64,000 bases of DNA, taken from the NCBI GenBank assembly GCA_963775425.1, contig CAVZJB010000004.1, positions 352,001 through 416,000 of the forward strand, given 5' to 3'. A program made the position numbers and the translations under genes. The notes under the pieces were generated by a model that was not told where the DNA came from, did not search any database, and saw only the letters and a list, made by a program, of their open reading frames with translations. Shown here one piece after another: positions 18,833 through 28,695 of the stretch; the stretch's first letter is position 1; every line of letters begins with the position of its first letter. The DNA is from an uncultured delta proteobacterium. GTDB lineage: Bacteria; Myxococcota; UBA727; VGSZ01.

Positions 18833-19627
18833 ATGTGCCACAGCCCCGTCGACGCGCCCCTGCCGTTCCCCAGCCGCGCGCGCCGGCGCATCGCGGTCGA
18901 CGTCCACGCCGGTGACGACGCCGCCGCGCGCCTCGAGGACGCGCTGCTCGCGCTCGCGCGGGCCGTCGATCCCCGGGCCCGCATCGGCCACGCCGACGTC
19001 CCCTGGACCGAGCTGTCGTTCGTCGCCGTCGACGTCGAGACCACCGGCTTTCAGCCCGACAAGGACCGCGTCATCGAGCTCGCCTGGGTGCGCTTCGAGG
19101 GCGGGCGCGAGGTCGAGCGCTTCGCGTCCCTCGTGCACGCCCCCGTCACCGTGCCGTATCCGGTGCGCCGGCTCACCGGCATCGACAACGCCATGCTCGC
19201 CGACAAGCCCGCGTTCGAGGGTGTCGCCGCCGGCCTCGTCGAAGCGCTCGCCGGCGCCGACTTCGCCGTCGCCTACAACGCGCGCTTCGACCGCGGCTTT
19301 CTCGGCAGCGAGCTCGCCCGCGCCGGGCTCGCCGTCCCCGACGTGCCGTGGGTGGATCCCCTGGTGTTCCTCAAGGAGATCGACGGCGCGGGCGGGCACA
19401 AGCTCACGGAGGTCGCCCGCCGCTTCGACGTCGCCTGCCCCGACGCGCACCGCGCGGAGAGCGACGCGCGCACCACGGGGCGGCTCCTGCTCAAGATGGC
19501 GCCGCGCCTCGGCGCCCACAGCCTCGCGGCGCTCCTCGACAAGCAGGCGCGCTGGTCCCGCCTGCCCCCCACGACGACGCCGGAGCCGCGCACGCTGGGC
19601 GCGCGCCTGCTCTCGCTGTTTCGCTGA
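18833..19627 (+). CDS. DnaQ-like DEDDh 3'-5' exonuclease
   Basis: VDVETTG, LTGI, AYNARFD, AHRAESDA. Confidence 0.88.
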   Translation: MCHSPVDAPLPFPSRARRRIAVDVHAGDDAAARLEDALLALARAVDPRARIGHADVPWTELSFVAVDVETTGFQPDKDRVIELAWVRFEGGREVERFASLVHAPVTVPYPVRRLTGIDNAMLADKPAFEGVAAGLVEALAGADFAVAYNARFDRGFLGSELARAGLAVPDVPWVDPLVFLKEIDGAGGHKLTEVARRFDVACPDAHRAESDARTTGRLLLKMAPRLGAHSLAALLDKQARWSRLPPTTTPEPRTLGARLLSLFR

Positions 19628-19648
19628 TCCTCCGCTAAGGAGCTGCCC

Positions 19649-20062
19649 ATGCCGAATGGATCCTGCGTCTGCGGCGCCGTGGCCTTCGAGGTCACGCCGC
19701 CATATCGGTTCTTCCAGTACTGCCACTGCTCCCGCTGCAGAAAGCGCTCCGGCTCCATCCACGCGGCCAACCTCGCCGTGCTCGTCGATCAGTTCCGATG
19801 GGTTCGCGGCGAAGAGCACGTGAAGCGCTTCAAGCTCGAAAACACCAAGAGCTGGTCGAATTGGTTCTGCGACACCTGCGGCGGCGGCCTGCCGTGGCTC
19901 AGCGGCAACGGCAAGGCGTACATCGTCCCGGCCGGCGCGCTCGACGACGACCCCGGCGAGCGCCCCACGCGCAACATCTGGGTGGGCTCCAGGGCGGCGT
20001 GGGAAGTGCCCGCCTCCTCGCTCGAAGCCTTCGACGAGGAGCCGCCGCGCCCGGCGCGCTGA
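19649..20062 (+). CDS. GFA family (CENP-V-like) Zn-binding protein
   Basis: GSCVCGAV, CHCSRCRK, FCDTCG. Confidence 0.9.
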   Translation: MPNGSCVCGAVAFEVTPPYRFFQYCHCSRCRKRSGSIHAANLAVLVDQFRWVRGEEHVKRFKLENTKSWSNWFCDTCGGGLPWLSGNGKAYIVPAGALDDDPGERPTRNIWVGSRAAWEVPASSLEAFDEEPPRPAR

Positions 20063-20079
20063 AGGGAGCGCGCTCGACT

Positions 20080-20509
20080 GGCTGACGCGTAACGTGATCC
20101 ATCGGGATCCGCGTCATCGAGAGCGCCGCGAGTGGCGACGGATCCGAGCCACCCGGAAGGGGACGGCCACACGGCGGAGCGGAAAGGAACTCCGGCGGTG
20201 GCGACGTTGTCTACTAGCGAAGGTGACGACGGTCGCCCTGATGGCCTTCAACCTGCTGCAGAACCTCGCGAAGCTCACCGCCTGAAGTCCGCGCCGACGT
20301 CGCATCGAGGCACGTCGGCGCGCACACGACCCGCACGAACCCGCCACGTGCGCTGATAGCGGGATCACAACACCGCTCGGACCCGCCGTTTCCTCACAAC
20401 CCGCAGCGGTTCTTGCGCGCCGACGTGCCTCGCCACGTACTCCGCGCGGCGAGCCACCTTGTGGGCGGCTTCGCCGAGTGCTGCTACGAGCCTTTTTCTT
20501 TGTCAGCCT
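20080..20509 (+). mobile_element. Degenerate IS-derived element / MITE, copy 1
   Basis: 246-nt core (20242-20487) nearly identical to 49263-49508, plus shared upstream blocks; GGCTGAC...GTCAGCC terminal inverted repeat; remnant peptide KVTTVALMAFNLLQNLAKLTA* resembles a DDE transposase C-terminus. Confidence 0.65.
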
Positions 20510-20510
20510 T

Positions 20511-23162
20511 TCAGCCGGGTTGGTGGCAGCCGGCGCACTTCTCGCTCTTGTGCTCGTAGCCGGGCACGCGCGAGTGGCGGGCGTTCTCGATGACGGCGGC
20601 GTGGTCGTGGCACTCGGCGCACAGCACCGGGACGCCGTCGCACTTGCCGTCGGCGACGGCCCCGCTGAGCGCCTTGTGGCACTGGGTGCAGTGGATGGGC
20701 GCGTGGACGCCGCGCGAGATGGGGAAACACTTCTCGTGTTGGTCGAAGCGCGCGCCGGTGAACGTGGCGGGGACGTGGCACGTCCCGCAGGAGACGCCCG
20801 CGAACGGAGGCGCCGAGTGGTTCACGGTCACCGCCGTCGCCGCGCGGGCGTCGTTGGCGTGACAGGCGGTGCAGTCGAGCGCGGCGCGCGTGAAGCCGCG
20901 CTCGCGCTTCTCGATGTGGCACTCGTCGCACGGCAGGGCCGCGTGGCGTCCGGTGAGCGGGAAGTTGGTGCGGCGGTGCGCGTCGACGGGGAAGTCGGGC
21001 CCACGGAACACCGTGGTGTCATGGCAGGACTGGCACATGAGGCCGAACTCCTGCGCGTGCGGATCGATGTGGCAGGCGGCGCACGTGGCGGGGACGCGGC
21101 GCCGGTAGTCCTGTCCGTGGCAGCTCGTGCAGCGGGTCTTTGCGTGCTCCCCCGTCAGCGGGAAGCCGGTGCGCTCGTGGGCGAACCCGGCGGGCACCCA
21201 TGCGTTCGGCGTGTGGCAACCGTCGCACTTGCTGTCCGTCGCCGACTTGGTGACCCGCGCGAACTGCGCCATGGGCGGCGGCGGCAGCTTCGGGTTGAAG
21301 TCGTCGAAGGCGTGCTTGTGCTCGTCCTCGTGGCAGCCGGCGCAGTCGGCGGGCAGCGGTTTGTACCGCGCGATCTCCTTCTTCCCCGCCTTCACCACCG
21401 CGTGGCACGACACGCACTTGGCCTTCTTGTGCTGGCCGACGAGCGGGAACGTGCTCTGCTTGTCGTGATCGAACTTGGCGGGCTTGAAGCCCGTGGTGGC
21501 GTGACAGATGGCGCAGTCGGTGACGCCGTTTTTGGCGAGCTGCCCGACGTGAACGTCGGCGTGGCACGAGGCGCACGACGCGTCCAGCGGCCGGTACGGC
21601 ACCACGCGGTCCTCCCCGCGGCGCGCCGGCGGCGGCGTGTGGCACGCACCGCAGTCGACGTCCTTGTGCTTGCCCGTGAGCGGGAAGCGGCTGTCATCGT
21701 GGTTGAAGCTGAGGTCCGCGAAGGTGGTCATCTTGTGGCAGTCGGAGCACAGCTTCTTGTCGACGTGCGGCTCGCCCTCCTTGCCCGCCGGCTTCTTGAA
21801 CTGACCCTTGTGGACGTCTTCGTGGCAGCCCTCGCAGTCGGCCGGCGCGCGGTTCTTGCCGCTGCGGCGCGCGTCGAGCGGATCGGCGACGATGCCGGGC
21901 ATCAGCAGCCGCGCCGTGCTCACCAGCAACGGGCGGCCCTGATTGGCGAGCTCGATGCGCACCGAGCGAGGCACGCGCTCCTTCAAACGCGGCTCGTCCT
22001 TGTGGCACTGGCCGCACGCCACCGTGCGGTGCGAGCCCTCGAGGGGGAAGCGCGTCTTGTCGTGCATGTCGACGTTGAACAGCACGGGGAGGAAGCCCGC
22101 GACGGTGTGGCAGTCCTCGCAGCGGGGCGCGCCGTGATCGTTCTTCAACTGGCCGACGTGCGCGTCGATGTGGCAGTCGGAGCAGCGCGCGAACTTCAGG
22201 CCACGGAACTTGGCGGGACGGTTCCTGAACGGGCCATGGCACGACTTGCACGCGACGGAGCGGTGCTCGCCGCGTAGCTTGAAGCGGTGCTTGTCGTGAA
22301 AGCCGGTGTCCTGCGCGCCTTCGCGAATCACCTTCCAGTCGATGGGCGTGTGGCAGCGGTCGCAGCCTTTGCCGAAGGTGCCGCGGTGAACGTCGTCGTG
22401 GCACGCGGTGCATTGCCCGTGCGGGACGTCCTTCATCTGCATGTAGCTGGCGTCGAGAGGCTTGGGGAACGAGCTCGCGGGCGTCTTGGTGTCGACGCGC
22501 TGCTCGTGGCACTCCTTGCACTGCACCCTGCGATGCTTGCCGATGAGCCGGTAGTCGGTGAGCTTGCGGTTGTTGTGGTTGAAGAGCGGGGCGCTCTTGA
22601 ACTTCTGCTCGGGCGTGTGGCACCGCTCGCAGCTCTTGCCCTCCTGGCCGCGGTGCTCGTCGAAGTGACAGATGGAGCACTTGGGCGCGAGCCCCAGCAT
22701 CGAGTTTCGCCGCCCCTTGGCGATGAGCTTCAGGATGGAGCCGTCGTCGATGCGGCGGGGCTCGTGGCAGTCGTTGCACGACGGCTTCTTGTGGTTGCCG
22801 AGCAGCGGCCACCCCGTGAGGCTGTGGTTGAACGACTCCTTCGACGGCGTCCACTCGATCAGGTTCGCCTTCAGACCGCGGTGCTCCCGGTGGCACGTGG
22901 CGCACTGACGGGCGCGGACGCTGTTGTGGTAGCCGCTGTGGGCGTCGATGCGCCGCGCGATCTCCTTGTGGCACGCGAGGCACTTGTTGTTGTCGTGCCG
23001 GCCGCCCTCGATGTGGCACTGCGTGCAGCCGGTGAGGCCCTCGAGCGCCTCGTGCGCCTTGGACAGCGGCCCGGGGGAGAAGAGCTGCGCGCGCGCCGCG
23101 GGAGCCGCGCACAGCGCCACCGCGAGGACGGCGGCGGCGTACGCGTTGCGCGCGCCGCTCAC
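20511..23162 (-). CDS. Periplasmic multiheme cytochrome c (30 CxxCH)
   Basis: Signal peptide ending ARA-Q; SPGPLSKAH; 30 CxxCH counted; repeating F.H....FPL.G.H....CxxCH module; GTG start overlaps the upstream TGA. Confidence 0.92.
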   Translation of the reverse strand: MSGARNAYAAAVLAVALCAAPAARAQLFSPGPLSKAHEALEGLTGCTQCHIEGGRHDNNKCLACHKEIARRIDAHSGYHNSVRARQCATCHREHRGLKANLIEWTPSKESFNHSLTGWPLLGNHKKPSCNDCHEPRRIDDGSILKLIAKGRRNSMLGLAPKCSICHFDEHRGQEGKSCERCHTPEQKFKSAPLFNHNNRKLTDYRLIGKHRRVQCKECHEQRVDTKTPASSFPKPLDASYMQMKDVPHGQCTACHDDVHRGTFGKGCDRCHTPIDWKVIREGAQDTGFHDKHRFKLRGEHRSVACKSCHGPFRNRPAKFRGLKFARCSDCHIDAHVGQLKNDHGAPRCEDCHTVAGFLPVLFNVDMHDKTRFPLEGSHRTVACGQCHKDEPRLKERVPRSVRIELANQGRPLLVSTARLLMPGIVADPLDARRSGKNRAPADCEGCHEDVHKGQFKKPAGKEGEPHVDKKLCSDCHKMTTFADLSFNHDDSRFPLTGKHKDVDCGACHTPPPARRGEDRVVPYRPLDASCASCHADVHVGQLAKNGVTDCAICHATTGFKPAKFDHDKQSTFPLVGQHKKAKCVSCHAVVKAGKKEIARYKPLPADCAGCHEDEHKHAFDDFNPKLPPPPMAQFARVTKSATDSKCDGCHTPNAWVPAGFAHERTGFPLTGEHAKTRCTSCHGQDYRRRVPATCAACHIDPHAQEFGLMCQSCHDTTVFRGPDFPVDAHRRTNFPLTGRHAALPCDECHIEKRERGFTRAALDCTACHANDARAATAVTVNHSAPPFAGVSCGTCHVPATFTGARFDQHEKCFPISRGVHAPIHCTQCHKALSGAVADGKCDGVPVLCAECHDHAAVIENARHSRVPGYEHKSEKCAGCHQPG

Positions 23163-26032
23163 GGCGGTCCCTCGGAGAAGATCCAACGGAAGCCGAGGTA
23201 CGTCGTGACGGTGACGTGCGCGCCGATGAGCACCACCATGAAGATGGACACCACCACATGGATGACGAGCCAGCCGCGGAACACGCGCTTGAGCTTGCCG
23301 TAGAACGCGATCTGCATCTTGGCGCGCGCGACCTTCTCGACGGTGTCCTTGTAGAACTTGAAGGCGCCGTCGTCCTTGAAGAGGCCGCGAGCCTGGTCGA
23401 CGCTCTTGTTGACCTCCTTCTTCATCTTGCCGTCGCGCACGACCACACCGACGAGCGTGCGCTCACGCGGCGCCTCGGTGGCGCGATCGAAGATGCCCGT
23501 GACGCGGCCGTAGTCGGCGGACTCCGCCATGTGCGTGTGGATCACGCGCGTCATTTCGCCGACCTGCTCCCGCAGCTCGTTGACCTGCAACACCTTCCCA
23601 GCTTGCGCCGGTACGAAGCTGAAGAGGAATCGGCCGAAGATCCCTGTGCCCACGACGACGCTCAACGCCACCCACGTCCAAACAGCCAACAGGTTGTTCA
23701 CCAGGAACGCCGCGTGGAAGGCGATGACGAGGGGGCTCATGATCCCCACGAACATGTGGAGCGTGAGCCAGGTGCGGATGGAGGCCGTCCCCTTGAGGCG
23801 CTTCCAGCGCTTGCGGAGCGCATAGAGGAAATTCGCCATCATGAAGGTGGTGGCGCCCACGCCGACGCCGTGGCCCCACAGCCCCGACGGCTTGAGCAGC
23901 GAGTGCAGCGGCGACAGCGGCCGCAGCTCCACCGGAAGCCAGTAGTACTCCTGCCCGATCATCAGGAGGGCGACGATCATCGACAGCCCGAGCAGGAACA
24001 GCGTGAGCGCGAGCCGGCGCCGGGAGCGGGCCTCGATCTGTGCCTTGGAGGGCCCGCGGTTGCCGGGGCGCTCGCCGAAGCCGCTCTTCTCCTCGCCCAT
24101 GTACTTGCGGGTGCCGACGCCGACGCCGTTCAAGAACTCCGTGGGCAACTGACCGCCGATGCTGACGATGACCGCGTCGTTCTTGAGCTTGGTCTCGTCG
24201 CGCTTCAGACGCCCGCCGGTCTTCCCCGTGCGCGTCGACGAGGCCGGCTGCCCCATCATGGTCCGCGTGCGCTCCGCGGGCTGTTGCTGCATCTCCTTCA
24301 CGTCGGCCTGCGCCACGGACCGCACCGCGCTGGTCATCCGCGGGCGCTCCTGTCCCTTCTTGGCCCCGCCCTCGAGCGGCACCGCGCGGAAGGAGCCGGT
24401 GACGCTGCTCTTGTTGTAGGCCGCCTTCTTCTTGGTCTTGGTGACGTCGCGGTCGGCGCCCGCCGGCGGCACCGACGGCTGCCTCGCCTCGGGATCCTCC
24501 GCGACGGTCTTGGCCACCGCCGCGAGGCCCTCACCGGAGGACGGGAGCGCGCGCGCCCGGAACGACGCCGTGACGCTGCCCTTGTCGTAGGGCTTCTTCT
24601 TGGGCTCCTCCTGCTGCGCGGCCGCCGCCGCCGCGCGGCCGGGGCTGCCGAGCGGGTCGGTCACCTCGGCGTCGGGCTGTTCGCCCTCGCCGAGGTTCTC
24701 GCGGCGCGCCTCCTCCGCCAAGCGCAGCATCTTCTCGGCGGCGCGCAGCTTCTGCTCCTCGGCCTTGAGCCGCTCGAGCCGCTCGGTCTCCGCGCGCTCC
24801 TCGGCGTCCCTCTTCTTCTGCTCCTCGTCGCTGAGGACGGGGCCGAGGCGCACGATGGCGTCCTCGACGGAGAGCACGCGCGTCTTGAAGAGCGGCTTCA
24901 CGCGACCGTCGTCGATGAGGCGCTTGATCTTCTCTTTGTTTCGCTGCTTGCAGCGCGCGAACGCGCCGCGGCGGTAGGAGATGTGGACCTTGGCGGTGCT
25001 CTCCTCGGCGAGCTGGATCGCGGCCTCGACGGCGGAGTCGCCGCCGCCGACGACGAGCACGCGCTTGCCGTTGTACTGGTCGGGGTCGACGAGGCGGTAC
25101 ACCACCTTGGGCATGTCCTCGCCGGGGACGTCCAGCTTGCGCGGCGTGCCGCGCAGCCCGATGGCGAGCACCACCGCGCGGCACTGCACGATGGCCTCGC
25201 TCTGCGTGGTGACCGTGAACAGCGGGGCCTTCCCCTCGATACCGACGACCTTCTGCCCCTCCTCGATGGTCACGCCGTTGGTGTCCACGAGGCGGCGCAT
25301 CTCCGCGAGCAGCTCCTCTTTGCTCAACAGCGGCGCGCCGAAGCGGCCGTAGCCGGGCATCTCGATCTGCTCGGTCATCACCACCTTGCCGCGCGGGTAG
25401 TGGGCGATGCAGCCGCCGAGGCTGTCCTGCTCGAGGATGCGCACGTCGAGGCCGCCCTGGCGGCAGGCGATGGCGCAGGCGACGCCGGCGGGGCCGCCGC
25501 CGACGACGACGACGTCGGTGAGCGTCTCGGTGGCCTCGCTGCGCTTCAAGCGATCCTTCAGGACCTTGCCGACGACGAGGCCCTGGCGCAGGGCGTTCTT
25601 GATGAGGCCCATGCCGCCGAGCTCGCCGATGATGTAGACGCCGGCGCGGCTGGACTCGAAGGAGTCGTCGGCCTTGGGCAGATCGATGCCCATCTCGGCG
25701 GTGCCGAACACGAGCTTGATGGCCCCGACGGGGCACTCCACCGCGCAGCGGCCGTGGCCGATGCAGTGCGCCGCCTCCACGAGCGCCGCGACGCCGTCGA
25801 CGACGCCGATGATCTCACCCTCGGGGCACGCCTGCGTGCACGAGAAGCTGCCCACGCACAGCACGGGATCGATCACCGGGTGCAGCGAGAGGGGCACCGT
25901 CTGCCCCTCGGCGATGGCGAGCTTGAGCTTCTCCGCGCCGCGCGCCTCGGCGCGCTTGCGCCGAAGCAACATCACCGCCATCGCCGTCACGAGGACGACG
26001 CCGACGACGAGGGAGAGCATGGCGGTGGCCAT
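23159..26032 (-). CDS. Membrane-anchored FeS + FAD/NAD(P)H thioredoxin-reductase-like oxidoreductase fused to a His-containing multi-TM domain
   Basis: N-terminal TM; CVGSFSCTQACP and CIGHGRCAVECP; VVGGGPAG; VVGGGDSAVEAA; C-terminal TMs with GHG, WLTLHM, AFHA, WLVIHV, GAHV. Confidence 0.85.
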   Translation of the reverse strand: MATAMLSLVVGVVLVTAMAVMLLRRKRAEARGAEKLKLAIAEGQTVPLSLHPVIDPVLCVGSFSCTQACPEGEIIGVVDGVAALVEAAHCIGHGRCAVECPVGAIKLVFGTAEMGIDLPKADDSFESSRAGVYIIGELGGMGLIKNALRQGLVVGKVLKDRLKRSEATETLTDVVVVGGGPAGVACAIACRQGGLDVRILEQDSLGGCIAHYPRGKVVMTEQIEMPGYGRFGAPLLSKEELLAEMRRLVDTNGVTIEEGQKVVGIEGKAPLFTVTTQSEAIVQCRAVVLAIGLRGTPRKLDVPGEDMPKVVYRLVDPDQYNGKRVLVVGGGDSAVEAAIQLAEESTAKVHISYRRGAFARCKQRNKEKIKRLIDDGRVKPLFKTRVLSVEDAIVRLGPVLSDEEQKKRDAEERAETERLERLKAEEQKLRAAEKMLRLAEEARRENLGEGEQPDAEVTDPLGSPGRAAAAAAQQEEPKKKPYDKGSVTASFRARALPSSGEGLAAVAKTVAEDPEARQPSVPPAGADRDVTKTKKKAAYNKSSVTGSFRAVPLEGGAKKGQERPRMTSAVRSVAQADVKEMQQQPAERTRTMMGQPASSTRTGKTGGRLKRDETKLKNDAVIVSIGGQLPTEFLNGVGVGTRKYMGEEKSGFGERPGNRGPSKAQIEARSRRRLALTLFLLGLSMIVALLMIGQEYYWLPVELRPLSPLHSLLKPSGLWGHGVGVGATTFMMANFLYALRKRWKRLKGTASIRTWLTLHMFVGIMSPLVIAFHAAFLVNNLLAVWTWVALSVVVGTGIFGRFLFSFVPAQAGKVLQVNELREQVGEMTRVIHTHMAESADYGRVTGIFDRATEAPRERTLVGVVVRDGKMKKEVNKSVDQARGLFKDDGAFKFYKDTVEKVARAKMQIAFYGKLKRVFRGWLVIHVVVSIFMVVLIGAHVTVTTYLGFRWIFSEGPP

Positions 26033-26047
26033 CGAATGCGCAGGATG

Positions 26048-27682
26048 TCAGAGCGTGCCGGTCACGCCCAGATCGGCCGTCAGGAGGCTTGGCGCCGAGC
26101 GCACCGTTCCGTCGGCCGCCGGCAGCGCCTGTTGAAGGTATGCGCGCCCGCGCAGGGAGAGCCAGGGGAGCACGGGAGCGTCGAGGATGGTCATCAGGGC
26201 AGCTTCGCGGTAGTCGTCGCCGAGGGCGGCGTTCTCGAAATAGGACGTGCGCACCAAAACGTCGAGCATGGGGAAGGGGACGAGCTTGGCGGACACCCAG
26301 GCCGAGCGCCCCGCGGGGAAGCCCAGCTCCTCGAGGTAACCGAGGGAGAGGCCCCCGAAGTCGCCGAGCGCCTTGGGCAGCTCCACCTGCGGCCCGAGGT
26401 AGACGCGCAGGGCGTCGGCGGCCACGTCGTAGCCGGCGCCGGAGACGACGCCGAGGGAGACGGCGGGGCCGAGATCGTACGACGCGTCGAGGTTGAAGTG
26501 GTGGGCCGTGTTCTCCGGGTTGAGGGCCACCTTCAGCGTGTCGAAGTCGATGGCGGGCGCGGCCAGGTAGCGGTAGCCGGCGCTGACGTGGACGGGATCG
26601 AACGCCGTGAGCTCCGCCTCGAAGCGGACGCCGTCGAGGCTCGCGGCGAGCTTGTCCGCCGCCGTCACCACCCGGGCCTCGGCGCCGAGGCTGCCGACGT
26701 TCGCCCAGAACATCTCGGCCTGCGCCTCGAGCTCGCCGCGGGCGGCGGCGAAGTCGGGCGTGGCCACCACGGCCGCGCGGGCGCGCGGGATCACGACGAC
26801 GCCGTCGAGCGGCGCGAGGTTCATGCCGAAGTAGAGGCCGGCGGTGATGCGATCGAGGCTCGGCGCGATGGTGATCAAGTCGGGGATGGTGCCGGCGTAG
26901 ACGCCGGCCTCCCCGGTGTCGAGGAAGCGCGCCCCCACCTGCGCGCCGTCGAGGAGCGTGACGCCCGGCGCCATCACCGGCCGAAAGCGGCCGACCTCGC
27001 CGACGATGCCGCCGTCGTCGACGCCGACGGCGGCGTCCCACACGTACAGCTCGACCAGCTCCCCCGGCCGGCCGCGCTGCGCCGTGGGCGCGACGAGATC
27101 GGACACCACGCGAAACGCGCTCGACGCGAACAGGGGGAAGCCGCCGGCGGTGAAGTGCGTGCGCACGCCGCCGTCGATGGAGGTGCGGCCGAAGACGTCC
27201 GGGGTGGTGCTGAGCGCCCAGACCTGCTCCTTGAGCGTGGCTCGCGCGCGGGTGGACATGAGGACGTCGGTGACGACGCCCTCCTTCTTCTTCACGTGCG
27301 GCAGCGGCGCGGCTTCGACGGCTTTTCTGAGCGAGCGCATCTGCCCGGGCGTCAGCGGCGTGTCCCGCTGCTGCTTCTTGTCCGGCTTGTGCTCCTCCGC
27401 GGGCGCCTCCGCCCGCACGAAGACGACGTGATCCCCGGGGACGACCTTGTCGCTGTCGCAGCGGCCGCGGGTGGCGCTCACCTCGACGACCTCGCAGGTA
27501 GCCACCTGCCGCCGGCGGCGGAACACCTTCACCTTGGCGCCGACGGCGAGGCCGTCGTCGCTGCCGACGTCGAGGTACCCCTGCTTCGCGGTGGTGTAGG
27601 TGACGGACCCGCCACCGCTCACGCCCGCGGCGATCGAGAGGGCGAAGGCGACGGCAGAGAGGGAAGAGACGGCGACGATCAC
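26048..27682 (-). CDS. Putative outer-membrane beta-barrel (porin) of the cytochrome operon
   Basis: Signal peptide, small N-terminal beta domain (YLDVGSDDGLAVG), then amphipathic beta-strands to a terminal LTADLGVTGTL; GTGA-coupled. Confidence 0.65.
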   Translation of the reverse strand: MIVAVSSLSAVAFALSIAAGVSGGGSVTYTTAKQGYLDVGSDDGLAVGAKVKVFRRRRQVATCEVVEVSATRGRCDSDKVVPGDHVVFVRAEAPAEEHKPDKKQQRDTPLTPGQMRSLRKAVEAAPLPHVKKKEGVVTDVLMSTRARATLKEQVWALSTTPDVFGRTSIDGGVRTHFTAGGFPLFASSAFRVVSDLVAPTAQRGRPGELVELYVWDAAVGVDDGGIVGEVGRFRPVMAPGVTLLDGAQVGARFLDTGEAGVYAGTIPDLITIAPSLDRITAGLYFGMNLAPLDGVVVIPRARAAVVATPDFAAARGELEAQAEMFWANVGSLGAEARVVTAADKLAASLDGVRFEAELTAFDPVHVSAGYRYLAAPAIDFDTLKVALNPENTAHHFNLDASYDLGPAVSLGVVSGAGYDVAADALRVYLGPQVELPKALGDFGGLSLGYLEELGFPAGRSAWVSAKLVPFPMLDVLVRTSYFENAALGDDYREAALMTILDAPVLPWLSLRGRAYLQQALPAADGTVRSAPSLLTADLGVTGTL

Positions 27683-28572
27683 GGCGGGGGCGTGAGACAG
27701 GGGCCTTGGTTGCCGACGGTGCAGTCGGGACCGTGGGTGTGGCAGCCGGTGCAATGCGCCACGCCCCACTCGATGGCCCAGTCCTGCGGCTCGTCACGGT
27801 AGGTGTCGTGGCACTGGAAGCAGGTGGCGGAGCACTGCGGGCAGTCGCCGACGTGATGATCGGGATCGAAGCGCGTGAGGTGGTTGCTGAGCGGGTGCAT
27901 CACCGAGTCGATGGGGGTGTCCGCGTGGCACTCCTTGCAGCTCGGCGAGTCCTCGAGCGCCGGCGCGCCCGTGGGCAGGAAGGTGCGTTGGATGGCGGGC
28001 GAGCCCGAGTGCGCGGTCTCGATGTCGACGGGATCGCGCGCGTGGCACTCGGCGCACAGGTTCTGGGTGCGGTCGTCGACGTCCGCGTGGCAGGCGGTGC
28101 AGGAGTCCACGCCGCGGTCGACGCGGGCGGCGTACACGGTGCCGCCATGCACGTCGGTGGGGTTGATGGGGAAGAACTGCTGGCTGTGGAGATCGACGCC
28201 GATCTGATCGCCCTTCACGCCGGTGGGGTGGCAGGAAAAGCAGCTCGTGTCCTGTTGGATGAAGCCGGCGACGACGGCGTGCACCGTGCTCAAGGGCCGA
28301 TCATCGTCGGCGTGGCAGATGATGCACTGGGGGGTGGCGAAGGTGCCCGCCCCCTTGTGGCAGGAGTCGCACGAGATCGCGGCGCCGTCCTGCGCGGGGG
28401 AGCCGATCTGGTGCGTGGCGGCGTCGCCGCTGATGGGGAAGTACGCGGCGGTGTGCTCCTCGGGGGTGACGCCGAGCTGGAGCTTGGGATCGCCGTCGCA
28501 GCCGGCGGCGGCGGCGGCGGCGGCGCACATGATCACGGGGAGCAGGACGGAGGCGCGCACGACACGCAGCAT
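27679..28572 (-). CDS. Octaheme cytochrome c lipoprotein
   Basis: MLRVVR...AAAGC lipobox; CDSCH, CIICH, CFSCH, CTACH, CAECH, CKECH, CFQCH, CTGCH. Confidence 0.85.
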   Translation of the reverse strand: MLRVVRASVLLPVIMCAAAAAAAGCDGDPKLQLGVTPEEHTAAYFPISGDAATHQIGSPAQDGAAISCDSCHKGAGTFATPQCIICHADDDRPLSTVHAVVAGFIQQDTSCFSCHPTGVKGDQIGVDLHSQQFFPINPTDVHGGTVYAARVDRGVDSCTACHADVDDRTQNLCAECHARDPVDIETAHSGSPAIQRTFLPTGAPALEDSPSCKECHADTPIDSVMHPLSNHLTRFDPDHHVGDCPQCSATCFQCHDTYRDEPQDWAIEWGVAHCTGCHTHGPDCTVGNQGPCLTPPP

Positions 28573-28695
28573 ACGACGCCCGTTGCTCGGCTGCTGCCGG
28601 GCGAGGGGCGCACTCCGCACTTCGACCGAGGTGTCCCCGCCGGTGGACCGCGGACGCATTCGTCCCGCGCCCCGCGATCTGCTAAAGAGAGCGGC

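Noticed and set aside
20094-20285. 63-aa ORF as an independent small protein
   Set aside because: It lies within the repeated element and its frame is broken in copy 2; better explained as a transposase remnant.
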